Origin: Candidatus Saccharimonadota bacterium
GTDB taxonomy: Bacteria > Patescibacteriota > Saccharimonadia > Saccharimonadales > Saccharimonadaceae
Assembly (NCBI GenBank): GCA_017430725.1
Contig: JAFRMK010000007.1
Span: forward strand, 22,929 to 86,928
Direction of reading: 5' to 3'
Length of the DNA: 64,000 bases
Shown here: piece by piece, positions 10,937 through 21,525 of the stretch
Position numbering within the stretch: the first letter of the stretch is position 1
Layout of the letters: the number at the start of each line of letters is the position of its first letter
Position numbers and translations under genes: made by a program
Notes under the pieces: model-generated
Database searches by the model: none
What the model saw: the letters and a program-made list of their open reading frames with translations, nothing else
What the model was told of the DNA's origin: nothing

Positions 10937-12058
10937 ATGAGCACAACCACTAAAGTTCAAATCGACACAAAAACTTTTATTCGTTTCTGGCTTGTCATCA
11001 TTGGTTTTGGCATCGCCGGCTTTCTTATCTACAAGGCCAGTTTCGGCCTCGGCATCATTTTTGCTGCGCTCTTCTTTGCCCTAGCCATTTCCCCACTCAT
11101 CAAGCGCATGACCAGCATTTTCCCCAGCAAAAGCCGCACTTTCGCAACCGCACTTTCGTATATTCTTGTCGTCGGTTTTATCAGCGCATTTCTCTCTATC
11201 GTCGTACCGACCGTCATCAGCGAAAGCTCTCGCTTCTTTAGCAATCTACCCTCTCTCTACGACAGCGCCACCGGCGACCTTGGTCTCATCAACAAAGTCG
11301 GCCGCAATCTCGGCGTCGACAACCTTCAAGCGCAAATCGGTCAATTCGTCGAAAAAACCTCCACAAACATCACTGAAGATTTTGGCGGCATTCTCACCGC
11401 ATCAATCTCCTCCATCACTAGCTTCTTTGCCGTCATTATCCTGGCTCTCGTCCTCGCATTCTTCATGCTCACTGAAGGCCCTTCGCTCATGCAGCAATTC
11501 TGGACATGGCTCAACAAAAATCACCCCACCAAGCGCGCCCAGCGCGTCGTAAATCGTCTCGGCTCTACCGTCTCGCAGTACGTCTCCGGCGCCGTAACCG
11601 TCGGCTTAATCAACGCCTGCGCCACTGCGATTGCCGTTTTTATCATCTGCCTCATCTTTGGCATCTCGCCTGGACTTGCCTTCCCCTTTGGCCTCATCAC
11701 TGGCGTTTTCAGTCTTATTCCAATGTTCGGCAGCTTCATTGGCGGAGTTATCGTTGCCCTTCTCCTCGGCTTTAATACACTTTGGGCCGGTGTCGCCTTC
11801 CTCATCTACACCATCGTTTACCTTCAAATCGAATCCAACATTATTTCACCAAAAATCCAAGGCAAAGGCATGCAGCTCCCCGCCTTAATCATCCTATCCG
11901 CCGTCACCATCGGCGTTTACACCTTCGGCCTCATTGGCGCTATCATCTCCATCCCCATTGCCGGCTGTATCAAAGTCCTCGTCGAAGAATACGGCGAAGA
12001 TCTCGTCGATGACGGCGTAATCAACAACAGCCACCTCAAGAAATCAACCAAACACTAA
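10937..12058 (+). CDS. AI-2E family transporter (PerM/UPF0118-like permease)
   Basis: 373 aa and polytopic. The pattern of TM helices and the region ...YVSGAVTVGLINA...PMFGSFIGGV... are typical of the family. Confidence 0.75.
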   Translation: MSTTTKVQIDTKTFIRFWLVIIGFGIAGFLIYKASFGLGIIFAALFFALAISPLIKRMTSIFPSKSRTFATALSYILVVGFISAFLSIVVPTVISESSRFFSNLPSLYDSATGDLGLINKVGRNLGVDNLQAQIGQFVEKTSTNITEDFGGILTASISSITSFFAVIILALVLAFFMLTEGPSLMQQFWTWLNKNHPTKRAQRVVNRLGSTVSQYVSGAVTVGLINACATAIAVFIICLIFGISPGLAFPFGLITGVFSLIPMFGSFIGGVIVALLLGFNTLWAGVAFLIYTIVYLQIESNIISPKIQGKGMQLPALIILSAVTIGVYTFGLIGAIISIPIAGCIKVLVEEYGEDLVDDGVINNSHLKKSTKH

Positions 12059-13413
12059 TCGGCAAACTGCCAGATTACTCCGTCTGCGCCGTCCAGCAAA
12101 TTTATGCCTGCCGCCGCTAACTCATCACGCAACGCATCCGCCCGCGCATAATCTTTCGCGTCTTTCGCGTGCTGACGCTCCGCAATCTTCGCCTTCATCT
12201 CGTCTGAAATATCTGGCGTATTTTTTGCCAAATCCAAACCAAAAGCCTCATCCAAAAATTTCACAAAGGCTTCGTCTGGCGTATTTTCCGCTATTACCTT
12301 ATCCAGCTCCGCCAACGCACCGGCCGAATTCAAATTATTGTTCAGTTGAGCCGTAATCATATCTCGCACGGCAGCCATGTCCGTTGCTGGCTTTTGCCAC
12401 CGCAAGGCCGCAAAATTCCGATAATTCAACCGGCGCTGTTTTGCCGACGCCAAATCCGTAAACGAAAAGTTCCGCTCACTCTGAAAATGCCCCTGCAAAA
12501 CCCACATCTTATAATCCAAATGCGAAAACCCTCGCTTGGCCAAATCCGCAAAACTATACGTATTACCTAATGATTTTGAAATCTTCTCACCATTAACCGT
12601 AATAAAGTTATTATGCAACCAAAATCTCGCCATTTGTTTGCCATAAGCCCCCTCCAGCTCCGCAATTTCGTTAGTATGGTGCACCGGAATATGGTCAATA
12701 CCACCCGTATGAATATCGACCGGTTCACCTAGTCGCTCATGCAAAATTGTCGCACACTCCAAGTGCCACCCTGGATAGCCCATTCGCCCACGGTATTCCC
12801 ATTGCATCGCATGGTCCTCTCCGTCATGCACCCACTTCCAGACCGCAAAATCTGAAACATTTCGCTTTTCATTGCTAAACGCCACCCGCGCCCCGGCACG
12901 CAAGTGCGCCAAATCAAGCTGCGCAAACTCCGCATAGTTTGAAAACTTCGCCGTATCATAATACAGTCCATCACTCGTCTCGTATATCAACCCTTTGGCA
13001 TCCAACGCATCAACCAGGGCCATTTCTTCAGAGATAAAATCTGTTGCACGGCAAATCTGTGTCGGCTCGAGCAAATTCAATGCCCGATAATCCGCCAAAA
13101 ACTCATTCATATAACGCTCGGCAATCTGCCAGACCGTCAAGCCTTCTCGTTTTGCACCCTTTTCCATCTTGTCTTCACCTTCGTCAGCATCCGATGCCAA
13201 ATGCCCCACATCCGTGATGTTCAGCACGCGGTCTTCATGCCAACCATTCAAGCGCAAAACTCGAATCAACAAATCCCAATACACGTAAGCCGTAAAATTC
13301 CCAATGTGCGCCGTATTGTATACCGTCGGACCACAGGTATACACCTTCACCCGCTCCGGGTTTTCCGGCTGAAACTCCTCTACTTTTCGACTTAGGGTAT
13401 TATATAGCTTCAT
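12055..13413 (-). CDS. cysS: Cysteine--tRNA ligase
   Basis: The start MKLYNTLSRKVEEFQP...VYTCGPTVYNTAHIGNF is HIGH-like, and KISKSLGN is the KMSKS motif. Confidence 0.92.
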   Translation of the reverse strand: MKLYNTLSRKVEEFQPENPERVKVYTCGPTVYNTAHIGNFTAYVYWDLLIRVLRLNGWHEDRVLNITDVGHLASDADEGEDKMEKGAKREGLTVWQIAERYMNEFLADYRALNLLEPTQICRATDFISEEMALVDALDAKGLIYETSDGLYYDTAKFSNYAEFAQLDLAHLRAGARVAFSNEKRNVSDFAVWKWVHDGEDHAMQWEYRGRMGYPGWHLECATILHERLGEPVDIHTGGIDHIPVHHTNEIAELEGAYGKQMARFWLHNNFITVNGEKISKSLGNTYSFADLAKRGFSHLDYKMWVLQGHFQSERNFSFTDLASAKQRRLNYRNFAALRWQKPATDMAAVRDMITAQLNNNLNSAGALAELDKVIAENTPDEAFVKFLDEAFGLDLAKNTPDISDEMKAKIAERQHAKDAKDYARADALRDELAAAGINLLDGADGVIWQFAD

Positions 13414-13419
13414 GCAATG

Positions 13420-13944
13420 CTAGAATCGCTTGGTTGCGTCCTCAATTACCTTAATCGCCTCATCCAGGCCAAAAAAGCCCTTTACTTCCGTAGTACCAGC
13501 TTTCTTCAGGTCTTTATAGTGATTAAAGTGGAATTCAATCTGCTCAATCGTCCGCTTCGGCAAATCCGCCAAAGTCTTAATGGTGTCACCGTTGTTCCTG
13601 TCATCATCAACCACGGCAATAATCTTGTCGTCGACCTCGCCATCGTCCACAAACTTCATCACGCCCAAAATACGAGCCTTCACATAAATACCGGTCGTCA
13701 ACGGCTGATCGGTGATAACCAGCACGTCCAGCTCATCGCCATCCTCATCTAGCGTTTGCGGGATAAAGCCATAGTTGCAAGGTTTTGCAAAGGCCATCGG
13801 CTCAATCCTGTCCAACATGAAGCAGGCACGCTTCCTGTCCCATTCAATCTTATGGTTACTTCCAGTCGGAATCTCAATTACGACGTTAATGTTCCCATTT
13901 TTGTAGTCACCCGGTTCGAGTACTTGGTTAAAATCTGCCATCAC
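13420..13944 (-). CDS. ppa: Inorganic pyrophosphatase (family I)
   Basis: Motifs seen: ...VVIEIPTGSNHKIEWD..., YGFIPQTLDEDGDELDVLV..., DDKIIAV. Confidence 0.9.
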   Translation of the reverse strand: MMADFNQVLEPGDYKNGNINVVIEIPTGSNHKIEWDRKRACFMLDRIEPMAFAKPCNYGFIPQTLDEDGDELDVLVITDQPLTTGIYVKARILGVMKFVDDGEVDDKIIAVVDDDRNNGDTIKTLADLPKRTIEQIEFHFNHYKDLKKAGTTEVKGFFGLDEAIKVIEDATKRF

Positions 13945-13986
13945 GCTCCTTTCGTTCTTTCATCCTTTATCATACCACACCCGATG

Positions 13987-13995
13987 TGCTACAAT
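13987..13995 (+). promoter_or_regulatory. Extended -10-like box (TGcTACAAT) upstream of gap
   Basis: The box is in gatgTGCTACAATaacc. It is followed by a ~37-nt leader with the SD caGGAGAa before the ATG at 14033. Confidence 0.35.
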
Positions 13996-14032
13996 AACCA
14001 TAAGCAAGTATATTTTTGACAGGAGAAACAGC

Positions 14033-15043
14033 ATGGTAAAACTCGCAATTAATGGTTTTGGTCGTATCGGTCGCAACGCCTTTAAAATCGCCTTTGACCG
14101 CAACGACGCCGAAATTGTCGCAGTGAACGACCTAACTGACACCAAAACCCTTGCCCATCTCCTGAAATACGATTCAAACTATGGTATTTACGCCAAAGAT
14201 GTTTCATTTGACGACGAAAACATCATCGTTGACGGCAAGCACATCCGCGTCTTTTCTGAAAAAGAGCCCGGCCAGCTCCCCTGGCGCGACCTCGGTATCA
14301 ACGTTGTCGTTGAAAGCACTGGTCTTTTCACTGACCCCGAAAAAGCCCGCGCCCATCTTGATGCAGGCGCCAAAAAAGTCGTCATCTCTGCCCCCACCAA
14401 AGGCGAAGGCGCCAAAACGATTGTCCTCGGCGTCAATGAAGAAACTGTCACGTCCGACGACAAAATCATCTCAAATGCTTCCTGCACCACCAACTGCATT
14501 GCGCCGGTCATGAAAGTATTGGAAGACAGCATCGGCATCGAAAAAGCCATGATGACCACCGTTCACAGCTACACCGCCAGCCAGAAGCTCCAAGATGCTC
14601 CCGCAAAGGACATCCGCGAAGCGCGCGCCGCAGCCGAAAACATCGTTCCAACCACCACTGGCGCAAGCAAGGCGGCCGCTCTTACTATCCCCAGCTTGAA
14701 AGATAAATTCAACGGCCTCTCCGTCCGCGTTCCTACCCCAGTTGTTTCTCTGTCTGACATCACCGCCGTCACAAAACGCGATACCAGCAAAGAAGAAATC
14801 AACAAACTCTTCCGTCAAGCCGCCCAAAATCCTTACTATCAGGGTATTCTTGACGCCACCGAAGAAGAACTCGTCTCTATTGACTACCGCGGCAATTCAC
14901 ACTCCGCCATCGTCGACCTCAAACTCACCGACGTCATCGGCGGCAATCTCATCAAAGTCGTCGCCTGGTACGACAATGAATGGGGCTACAGCAATCGGCT
15001 AATCGAACTTGCCGTCGACCTTGGCAAGATGGAGCAGTCTTAA
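14033..15043 (+). CDS. gap: Glyceraldehyde-3-phosphate dehydrogenase
   Basis: The N-terminus is MVKLAINGFGRIGRN. The active site is SNASCTTNC, and the C-terminal motif is WYDNEWGYS. Confidence 0.95.
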   Translation: MVKLAINGFGRIGRNAFKIAFDRNDAEIVAVNDLTDTKTLAHLLKYDSNYGIYAKDVSFDDENIIVDGKHIRVFSEKEPGQLPWRDLGINVVVESTGLFTDPEKARAHLDAGAKKVVISAPTKGEGAKTIVLGVNEETVTSDDKIISNASCTTNCIAPVMKVLEDSIGIEKAMMTTVHSYTASQKLQDAPAKDIREARAAAENIVPTTTGASKAAALTIPSLKDKFNGLSVRVPTPVVSLSDITAVTKRDTSKEEINKLFRQAAQNPYYQGILDATEEELVSIDYRGNSHSAIVDLKLTDVIGGNLIKVVAWYDNEWGYSNRLIELAVDLGKMEQS

Positions 15044-15480
15044 TGCTCTTTTCAATCGGCGCCGACCATCGTGGCTTTTCCGCGAAAACCGAACTGATTA
15101 AATGGCTGAACAGCCAACACATTGAATTCAACGATTTTGGCGCCACTTCTGAACAGCCGGACGACGACTATAATGACTACGCAAAACTGGTAGCCGAAGC
15201 CGTCCTTATCAGCCCAGCCCCCGACCATTTTGGCGTCCTTATCTGCGGTTCCGGTCAAGGCATGGCCATGCAGGCCAATCGCTACCCCGGTGTCCGCGCC
15301 GCCGTCTGCTATTCACCGAGCGTCGCCGCCAAAGCCCGTGGCCACAATTCCGCCAATATCATCTGTATTCCCGCAGACGACCACCCCGACGTCCCCGCTA
15401 TCGTCCAGGCTTTCATCTCCGCCACCCCACTGACCGACGAAAAACACCAGCGACGCAACCAAAAACTTGACGAGATTTAG
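15043..15480 (+). CDS. rpiB: Ribose-5-phosphate isomerase B (RpiB/LacAB family)
   Basis: I place the start at the ATG at 15043, which overlaps the gap stop (TAATG). This gives MLFSIGADHRGF... and later ...ICGSGQGMAMQANR. The 63-nt upstream extension in the track lies inside gap. Confidence 0.85.
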   Translation: MLFSIGADHRGFSAKTELIKWLNSQHIEFNDFGATSEQPDDDYNDYAKLVAEAVLISPAPDHFGVLICGSGQGMAMQANRYPGVRAAVCYSPSVAAKARGHNSANIICIPADDHPDVPAIVQAFISATPLTDEKHQRRNQKLDEI

Positions 15481-15482
15481 CC

Positions 15483-16133
15483 ATGGCACTAGTCACTATA
15501 TCACCCGCAATTCTTTCAAAAACCCCCAGCGAATACAAGCGCACCGTCAATGAGTATTACCCCTTCGCCAAGCGCGTTCATGTCGACGTATCTGACGGCA
15601 CACTCACCCCCAACAAAACCATTGCCGAAGATGCCGTTTGGTGGCCACGCGGTTGGCAAACTGACATTCACATGATAACCGACACGCCGTCGACCCACAT
15701 CGAAATGCTCCTCAAAATCCATCCCAACATGGTGATTTTCCATGCCGAAGCCAAAGAAGATTTATTACCAATCTTCAAAAATCTCAAAGACAATGGCATT
15801 AAAGTCGGCGTCGCCATTGTCAAAAGTGTTTTTCCCGGCAGCATCAAGGGCCTCCTTAGCGCTGCAGACCACGCCCTCATTTTCTCTGGCGACCTCGGTA
15901 AACAAGGCGGCACGGCCGATTTACTCTTACTCGAAAAAGTTGCTCTCGTTCAAGCCATCAATCCCAGCATTGAAATCGGCTGGGACGGCGGTGCGAACCT
16001 CGACAATATCCGCAAAATCGCCCAGGCCGGCGCCACCGTCATAAACGTTGGCGGCGCACTCGCAAAAGCCACCAACAAGCAAGAAACCTTCGACAAAATG
16101 AATAAAGAAACCGAAAATCAGGACCCAATTTAA
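15483..16133 (+). CDS. rpe: Ribulose-phosphate 3-epimerase-like protein
   Basis: ISPAILS...HVDVSDGTLTPNKTI follows the Rpe pattern (S.L.AD...H.DVMDG.FVPN). Length 216 aa. Confidence 0.7.
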   Translation: MALVTISPAILSKTPSEYKRTVNEYYPFAKRVHVDVSDGTLTPNKTIAEDAVWWPRGWQTDIHMITDTPSTHIEMLLKIHPNMVIFHAEAKEDLLPIFKNLKDNGIKVGVAIVKSVFPGSIKGLLSAADHALIFSGDLGKQGGTADLLLLEKVALVQAINPSIEIGWDGGANLDNIRKIAQAGATVINVGGALAKATNKQETFDKMNKETENQDPI

Positions 16134-16134
16134 T

Positions 16135-17088
16135 ATGGCAAGAATAGTAAGCATCGGCTCCGCCCTCCAAGACGTCTTTCTCATTGACCACGACGATTTT
16201 GGCGTCAATCAACGCGGATTCCTTAATCAGCTCGAGCTTGGCACCAAAGTAGATATTGATAATATTCACTTTAGTGTCGGTGGTGGCGCCATCAATACCG
16301 CAACCACTTTCGCGCGCCACGGCCACGAAACTATATTCATGGGCTGCATCGCCAACGACCCTGCCGGCACCGTCATCATCAACGCACTAGACGACGAAGG
16401 CATCGATACCAGTTATATCAACTACCTCACGAAAACCCACACTGGCTATTCCGTTTTGTTACTCTCGCCGACCGGCGAACGCACCATTCTCACCTGCCGC
16501 GGCGCATCGGCACGCTTTGAGACAATCAACCCTGCCGACCTTGATACTATTCACCCAGATTGGCTCTATGTCTCCACCCTGCGCGGCAACATGGACGTAC
16601 TCGATCGCCTATTTACTCACGCCCGCAAACTTGGCGCAAAAATCATGTTCAATCCGGGCAACCTTGAGCTCACCCACCAACGCCAACTACTGGGCCTGCT
16701 CTCAGACGTAGAGGTATTACTCCTCAATAAGTCTGAAGCCAAGCAGCTAGTACCGGGGCGCACCCTCGTCGAACTCGCCTCCCACCTATCTAGCTATGTC
16801 CCGACCGTCATCATCACCGACGGCGGCCAAGGCGCCATCGCCGCCAATGCCGGCCGTATCATCCGCATCGGTATCTATGAAGACGTCAAAGTCAAAGACT
16901 CTACCGGTGCCGGCGACGCATTCGGCTCTGGCTTTCTCGCCCATTATGCCGACAACGCCGACCTCGAAAAAGCGTTGGTCTTCGCCAGCGCCAACTCAAC
17001 ATCTGTCGTCCAGCACATCGGCAGTCGCGACGGTATTCTTTCAAAAGGTCACCGCGTACATCAAATGCCTATCCAGGAGTTACGCTAA
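16135..17088 (+). CDS. PfkB-family carbohydrate kinase (ribokinase-like)
   Basis: DSTGAGDAFGSGFLAHY is the PfkB signature 2. The N-terminus MARIVSIGSALQDVFL fits the family. The gap to rpe is 1 nt. Confidence 0.75.
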   Translation: MARIVSIGSALQDVFLIDHDDFGVNQRGFLNQLELGTKVDIDNIHFSVGGGAINTATTFARHGHETIFMGCIANDPAGTVIINALDDEGIDTSYINYLTKTHTGYSVLLLSPTGERTILTCRGASARFETINPADLDTIHPDWLYVSTLRGNMDVLDRLFTHARKLGAKIMFNPGNLELTHQRQLLGLLSDVEVLLLNKSEAKQLVPGRTLVELASHLSSYVPTVIITDGGQGAIAANAGRIIRIGIYEDVKVKDSTGAGDAFGSGFLAHYADNADLEKALVFASANSTSVVQHIGSRDGILSKGHRVHQMPIQELR

Positions 17089-17090
17089 TT

Positions 17091-17816
17091 ATGCCTCGCT
17101 CGACAATTGAAGCTTGGCTTGATGCCATGAATCAAAACCAGCTAAACAAAGAGGACGTCAAACGCTCCATTCGTTACGCTCGCGACCTCGAACAAGGCCT
17201 CGCCAAACTTCGCACCTTCTCGCAAGGCGTCTCCATATTTGGCTCTGCTCGCCTTCCCGCGCACGGCAAATGGTGTCGGCTCGCCGAAGAGCTCGGCAAA
17301 AAGCTCGCCCAAAACGGCCACACCGTTATAACCGGTGGCGGCCCCAGCATTATGCAAGCCGCTAACAAAGGCGCCTTTGAAGCCGGCGGACGCACGATTG
17401 GCCTCAATATCGAATTGTCGCACGAGCAGCACATCAACCCCTACGTCACTGAATCGCTCGAATTTCGCTATTTCTTTGCCCGCAAAGTCATGCTCACTAT
17501 GGCCTCAAAAGTCTACGTGTTCTTCCCTGGTGGCTTCGGCACACTCGATGAATTTTCCGAAATCCTCCTTTTGATGCAAGAAAAGAAAATGCCGCGCATG
17601 CCAATGTTTCTCATCGGCAAATCCTTCTGGAAGCCACTCGACCGCTTCTTCGCGCAGAAGATGCAAACCGCCAAAACCATCAATAAGGCAGACCGCAAGA
17701 TCTATCGCATCACCGACAATATCGACGAAGTCGTCATCGCCGCCAACCAAATTGGCCATCCCAGCATTCACGAAAACCTCTACGACCAAAACAGTCGCCG
17801 CAAAAATCTTATCTAG
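17091..17816 (+). CDS. LOG-family (TIGR00730) nucleotide-binding/phosphoribohydrolase-like protein
   Basis: Motifs seen: VITGGGPSIMQAANKGA and PGGFGTLDEFSE. Confidence 0.8.
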   Translation: MPRSTIEAWLDAMNQNQLNKEDVKRSIRYARDLEQGLAKLRTFSQGVSIFGSARLPAHGKWCRLAEELGKKLAQNGHTVITGGGPSIMQAANKGAFEAGGRTIGLNIELSHEQHINPYVTESLEFRYFFARKVMLTMASKVYVFFPGGFGTLDEFSEILLLMQEKKMPRMPMFLIGKSFWKPLDRFFAQKMQTAKTINKADRKIYRITDNIDEVVIAANQIGHPSIHENLYDQNSRRKNLI

Positions 17817-17822
17817 CCAAAG

Positions 17823-20800
17823 CTATTTTACGACCACATTTTGCGCTTCAAAGGCCTCAGTCAAGCCATCAATCAGCTCATCCTCCAGCTCACATCGAAA
17901 CGGCATCCGCATCGCTTTTTTCTTCTCGCCTATCACCAAAATCACTTCTGACATGCCTGGATGTTTCGTGCAAAGTGTCTTCAGTCTGAGCAATTTATCC
18001 TTGTCGCTGGCATCCATTATTCGCACAAACAACTTTTGCAACTTCTTTGGTTTCGCTTTCGGCGCTGGCGCCGACTTCGCCGCACCCATCTTCACGCTCT
18101 CATTCGGCGTTCGCGAAGCTTTTGAGCTCCCATAACGTTTACGCGCCGTCCCCTTCGTTGGCACCTTCAACTTCTCACCCGTCGATTGGTACAACTCCAG
18201 CTCTTCATCCGTCACTATTACAACTTCTTCAGCATTAACTTTCGCCTCATCAATCTTGTGCCCATCTCTATCCGTCGCATTTACGCGCCCAGTAATTTTC
18301 ACGACCGCATCTTGTATAAGTTTCGCTCCCACCGTTTCATACAGCTTCGGAAACACAATCACCTCGGTCTCCGCCGTCTTGTCTTCAACCTTCACAAATG
18401 CCATTTTTGCGCCACTTTTCGTCGTCAGCGCTCGCACGCTTGAAATCAGACCGCCGACAATCACTTTCGCACCATCCAAATCCGGCTTGATTTCCGCAAT
18501 CGGCATACACTGCTCTTCAAAATACGCCGTGTACTTATCCAGCGGATGCGCAGAAATATACAAGCCCATCAATTCACGCTCCCACATCAGCTGCTCTTTA
18601 TCCGTGTATTTTGCCGGAGCTGGTTCAATTTCGACCTCGGGCACTTCCGCCGCCGCCCCCATCGCGCCAAATAAATCCGTCTGCCCACTCATTGCATCTT
18701 TCTGCATTTTATTTCCGTAGGCCTGAATTTTATCCAAATTAAAGAGCAGGTCGCTCCGCTCGCCAAAACTATCAAAACAGCCCGTCTTTATCGCCGACTC
18801 CCAGCTCTTCTTATTAAACTTCGTACTATTCACTCGCTTCGCAAAATCGCAAACCGATAAGAACCTGCCGTTTTTATCGCGTTCCTCAATCACCTCCTCG
18901 GCCAAAGCTTTACCCATCCCCTTAATCGCTGCGATACCAAAGCGAATTGTGTTCGATTTTCCGACGGTCGCAAAATCAGCATATGATTCGTTGATATCTG
19001 GCCCCAACACCTTCAGTCCCATTCGCTTGCATTCCGCCATCTCAATCGCTAACCTATCCGTCCAGCGCATATCGGAAGTCATCAGCGCCGCCATAAACGC
19101 CGCCGGATAATACGTCTTTAGCCACGCCGTCCAATAGGCCACCATTGCATAACAGGCCGCATGGCTCTTATTGAAGCAATAGTTTGCGAAATCCAATAGC
19201 TGACCCCAAAACGTCTCGGCAATTTCCTCTGTCGCGCCGCCAACCTCCACCGCGCCCTTAATAAACAGCGGCTTCACTTCGTTCATCAAAGCAATTTTCT
19301 TTTTACCCACCGCCTTTCGCAGTGTATCCGCCTGACCGCCGGTAAAACCGCACCATTCCTTTGACGCCTGCATGAACTGCTCCTGATATATCAATACACC
19401 ATAGGTGCTCTTTAGGGAGTTTTCCAGACCCGGGTGCAGGTAAGTAATCGGTTCTTCACCGTGCTTTCGCTTGATAAAGCTCTCGATAAACTGCATCGGC
19501 CCCGGTCGATACAGCGCATTCATAGCAATCAGGTCGTCAAAATGCGTTGGTTGCAATTCGCGCAAATACCGCTTCATGCCGGCCGATTCAAACTGGAACA
19601 CGCCCGTCGTATCGCCACGACGAAACAATTCATACACCTTATCATCGTCTAGCGGCAACTCCCCCATCTTGATATCTTTACCATACACCTTCTTCACAAT
19701 CCGTAGAGCCTGCTGAATTACCGACAAGTTCGATAGACCCAAAAAGTCCATCTTCAAAAGCCCCAGTTCCTCAACTTGCGTCGAAGGATACTGTGTCGCT
19801 AGGGGACCTTTCGCCGAGACTTCCATCGGCAAAAACTTCACCAAATCGTCCGGCGCAATCACCACCCCACAGGCGTGTACACCATGGCTTCGAATCGTCC
19901 CTTCCAGGCGCATCGCAAAATCAATCACCTCTTTGGCCGTCGGATTAGTCTCATACTCATGCTTCAAATCCGGCTCATTCACGATAGCATCTTTCAGCTT
20001 CACGTGCCGCCCCATCACCGGGTCTGGCACCAACTTCGCAATCCTGTCCGCCTCCGCGTATGGCACTTCCAACACGCGCGCCACGTCACGCACCGCGTTC
20101 TTCGCCATCATCTTACCGAACGTCACAATGTTCCCCACTCGCGCCCGTCCATATTTCTCAGTACAATACTCGATTACTTCGTCGCGCCGCGTATCCTGGA
20201 TGTCCGTATCAATATCTGGCATCGAAATCCTATCAGGGTTCAAGAACCGCTCAAACAGCAGGTCATATTTCAGCGGATCCAAATCCGTAATATGAATCGC
20301 ATACGCCAACAGTGAACCGGCCGCCGAACCTCGCCCCGGACCATAGATAATGCCCTGGCTCTTTCCCCAGTTAATGAAATCCTGCACAATCAAGAAATAG
20401 CCGTTGTACCCCATCTTGTCGACCGTCTCTAGCTCGAAATCAATTCGCTCCAGCACTTCCTTAGACAGCAACTTACGTATTTCAGCCACGCTCTTTTTGT
20501 CGGCCTGCTCTTTCGACAACAAGCCATACCGCTCTGCTAATCCCCGAAACACCAGTTTATCCAGATATTCCTTTTCTGTGTCTTTAGTCGGAATCGGAAA
20601 CTTCGGTATCAGAATCCTCCCTAAATCAATCTCCACATTGCATCTGTCGGCAATCTTCTTCGTATTCCGAATCGCATCCGGACAAGTCTTACCCCAACGC
20701 TCAATTAGTTCATCTGGCGGAATCACATGCAAATCAAACTCTTTCAGGCTCATCCGACGCTCGTCAGAGATATTGCTACCCGTCCCCACACAAAGCAAAA

Positions 20801-21500
20801 CTTCATGCGCATCCTGATCTTCTTTTTTCAAATAGTGCGCGTCACAAGTCACCACCAAATCCAATCCTGTCTCTTCCGACAGTTTCATCAGTGCCTCATT
20901 CACCTTCATCTGCTCTGGATGGTGCGTTGGCGAATCGGGGTGACCGTGGTCTTGCATTTCGAGATAAAACCGCCCATCATACACCTTCCGATACCAATCA
21001 ATCAACTTGTGCGCCCGCTCCATGTCGTCATTTCGAATCGCCATCGAAATCTCCGAGCCCATACATCCGGAAAGGCAAATTATCCCTTCGTTGTATTTCT
21101 CCATGATTTCATGGTCAATCCTCGGTTTATAATACTTCCCCCGCACTTCCGCTTCGGTCATCAGACGACACAAATTCTCAAAACCCTTGTTATTCATCGC
21201 CAACAAGGTAACGTGAAAACGCTCCTTGTCGTAAGCCGGGTCGCGGTCTTCCATTCCCCGCGCCGCCACGTAAGCCTCCAGGCCCAAAATCGGTTTTATC
21301 CCATTCGCCTTACAAGTTTTATAGAGGTCAATCAGCCCCGACATCGTACCGTGGTCCGTCACCGCCACCGCTTCCATGCCGGTCTCTTTCACAAAATCTA
21401 CCAGCTCATCGACTTTCGTCAAGCCATCAAGCAATGAATAATGCGTATGATTATGCAAGTGCACATAATCCGACGCCTGCAGCTTCGCCTCCTTTGTCAT
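17823..21500 (-). CDS. dnaE: DNA polymerase III alpha subunit
   Basis: 1225 aa. The PHP domain starts YVHLHNHTHYSLLDG. Also seen: ...GPGRGSAAGSLLAYAIHITDLDP... and an OB-fold C-terminal region. Confidence 0.95.
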   Translation of the reverse strand: MTKEAKLQASDYVHLHNHTHYSLLDGLTKVDELVDFVKETGMEAVAVTDHGTMSGLIDLYKTCKANGIKPILGLEAYVAARGMEDRDPAYDKERFHVTLLAMNNKGFENLCRLMTEAEVRGKYYKPRIDHEIMEKYNEGIICLSGCMGSEISMAIRNDDMERAHKLIDWYRKVYDGRFYLEMQDHGHPDSPTHHPEQMKVNEALMKLSEETGLDLVVTCDAHYLKKEDQDAHEVLLCVGTGSNISDERRMSLKEFDLHVIPPDELIERWGKTCPDAIRNTKKIADRCNVEIDLGRILIPKFPIPTKDTEKEYLDKLVFRGLAERYGLLSKEQADKKSVAEIRKLLSKEVLERIDFELETVDKMGYNGYFLIVQDFINWGKSQGIIYGPGRGSAAGSLLAYAIHITDLDPLKYDLLFERFLNPDRISMPDIDTDIQDTRRDEVIEYCTEKYGRARVGNIVTFGKMMAKNAVRDVARVLEVPYAEADRIAKLVPDPVMGRHVKLKDAIVNEPDLKHEYETNPTAKEVIDFAMRLEGTIRSHGVHACGVVIAPDDLVKFLPMEVSAKGPLATQYPSTQVEELGLLKMDFLGLSNLSVIQQALRIVKKVYGKDIKMGELPLDDDKVYELFRRGDTTGVFQFESAGMKRYLRELQPTHFDDLIAMNALYRPGPMQFIESFIKRKHGEEPITYLHPGLENSLKSTYGVLIYQEQFMQASKEWCGFTGGQADTLRKAVGKKKIALMNEVKPLFIKGAVEVGGATEEIAETFWGQLLDFANYCFNKSHAACYAMVAYWTAWLKTYYPAAFMAALMTSDMRWTDRLAIEMAECKRMGLKVLGPDINESYADFATVGKSNTIRFGIAAIKGMGKALAEEVIEERDKNGRFLSVCDFAKRVNSTKFNKKSWESAIKTGCFDSFGERSDLLFNLDKIQAYGNKMQKDAMSGQTDLFGAMGAAAEVPEVEIEPAPAKYTDKEQLMWERELMGLYISAHPLDKYTAYFEEQCMPIAEIKPDLDGAKVIVGGLISSVRALTTKSGAKMAFVKVEDKTAETEVIVFPKLYETVGAKLIQDAVVKITGRVNATDRDGHKIDEAKVNAEEVVIVTDEELELYQSTGEKLKVPTKGTARKRYGSSKASRTPNESVKMGAAKSAPAPKAKPKKLQKLFVRIMDASDKDKLLRLKTLCTKHPGMSEVILVIGEKKKAMRMPFRCELEDELIDGLTEAFEAQNVVVK

Positions 21501-21525
21501 ATCTATAATTCTATCACGAAATAAG

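Noticed and set aside
14980-15042. An upstream extension of the rpiB ORF by 21 codons, as given in the track.
   Set aside because: The extension lies entirely inside gap. The ATG at 15043 overlaps the gap stop (TAATG) and gives the canonical MLFSIGADHRGF start.
18047-21437. Many + strand ORFs (for example 18256..18720, 19875..20315, 20727..21437) across the dnaE region.
   Set aside because: They lie antisense to a 1225-aa DnaE with clear PHP and polymerase motifs. Their composition is typical of shadow frames.
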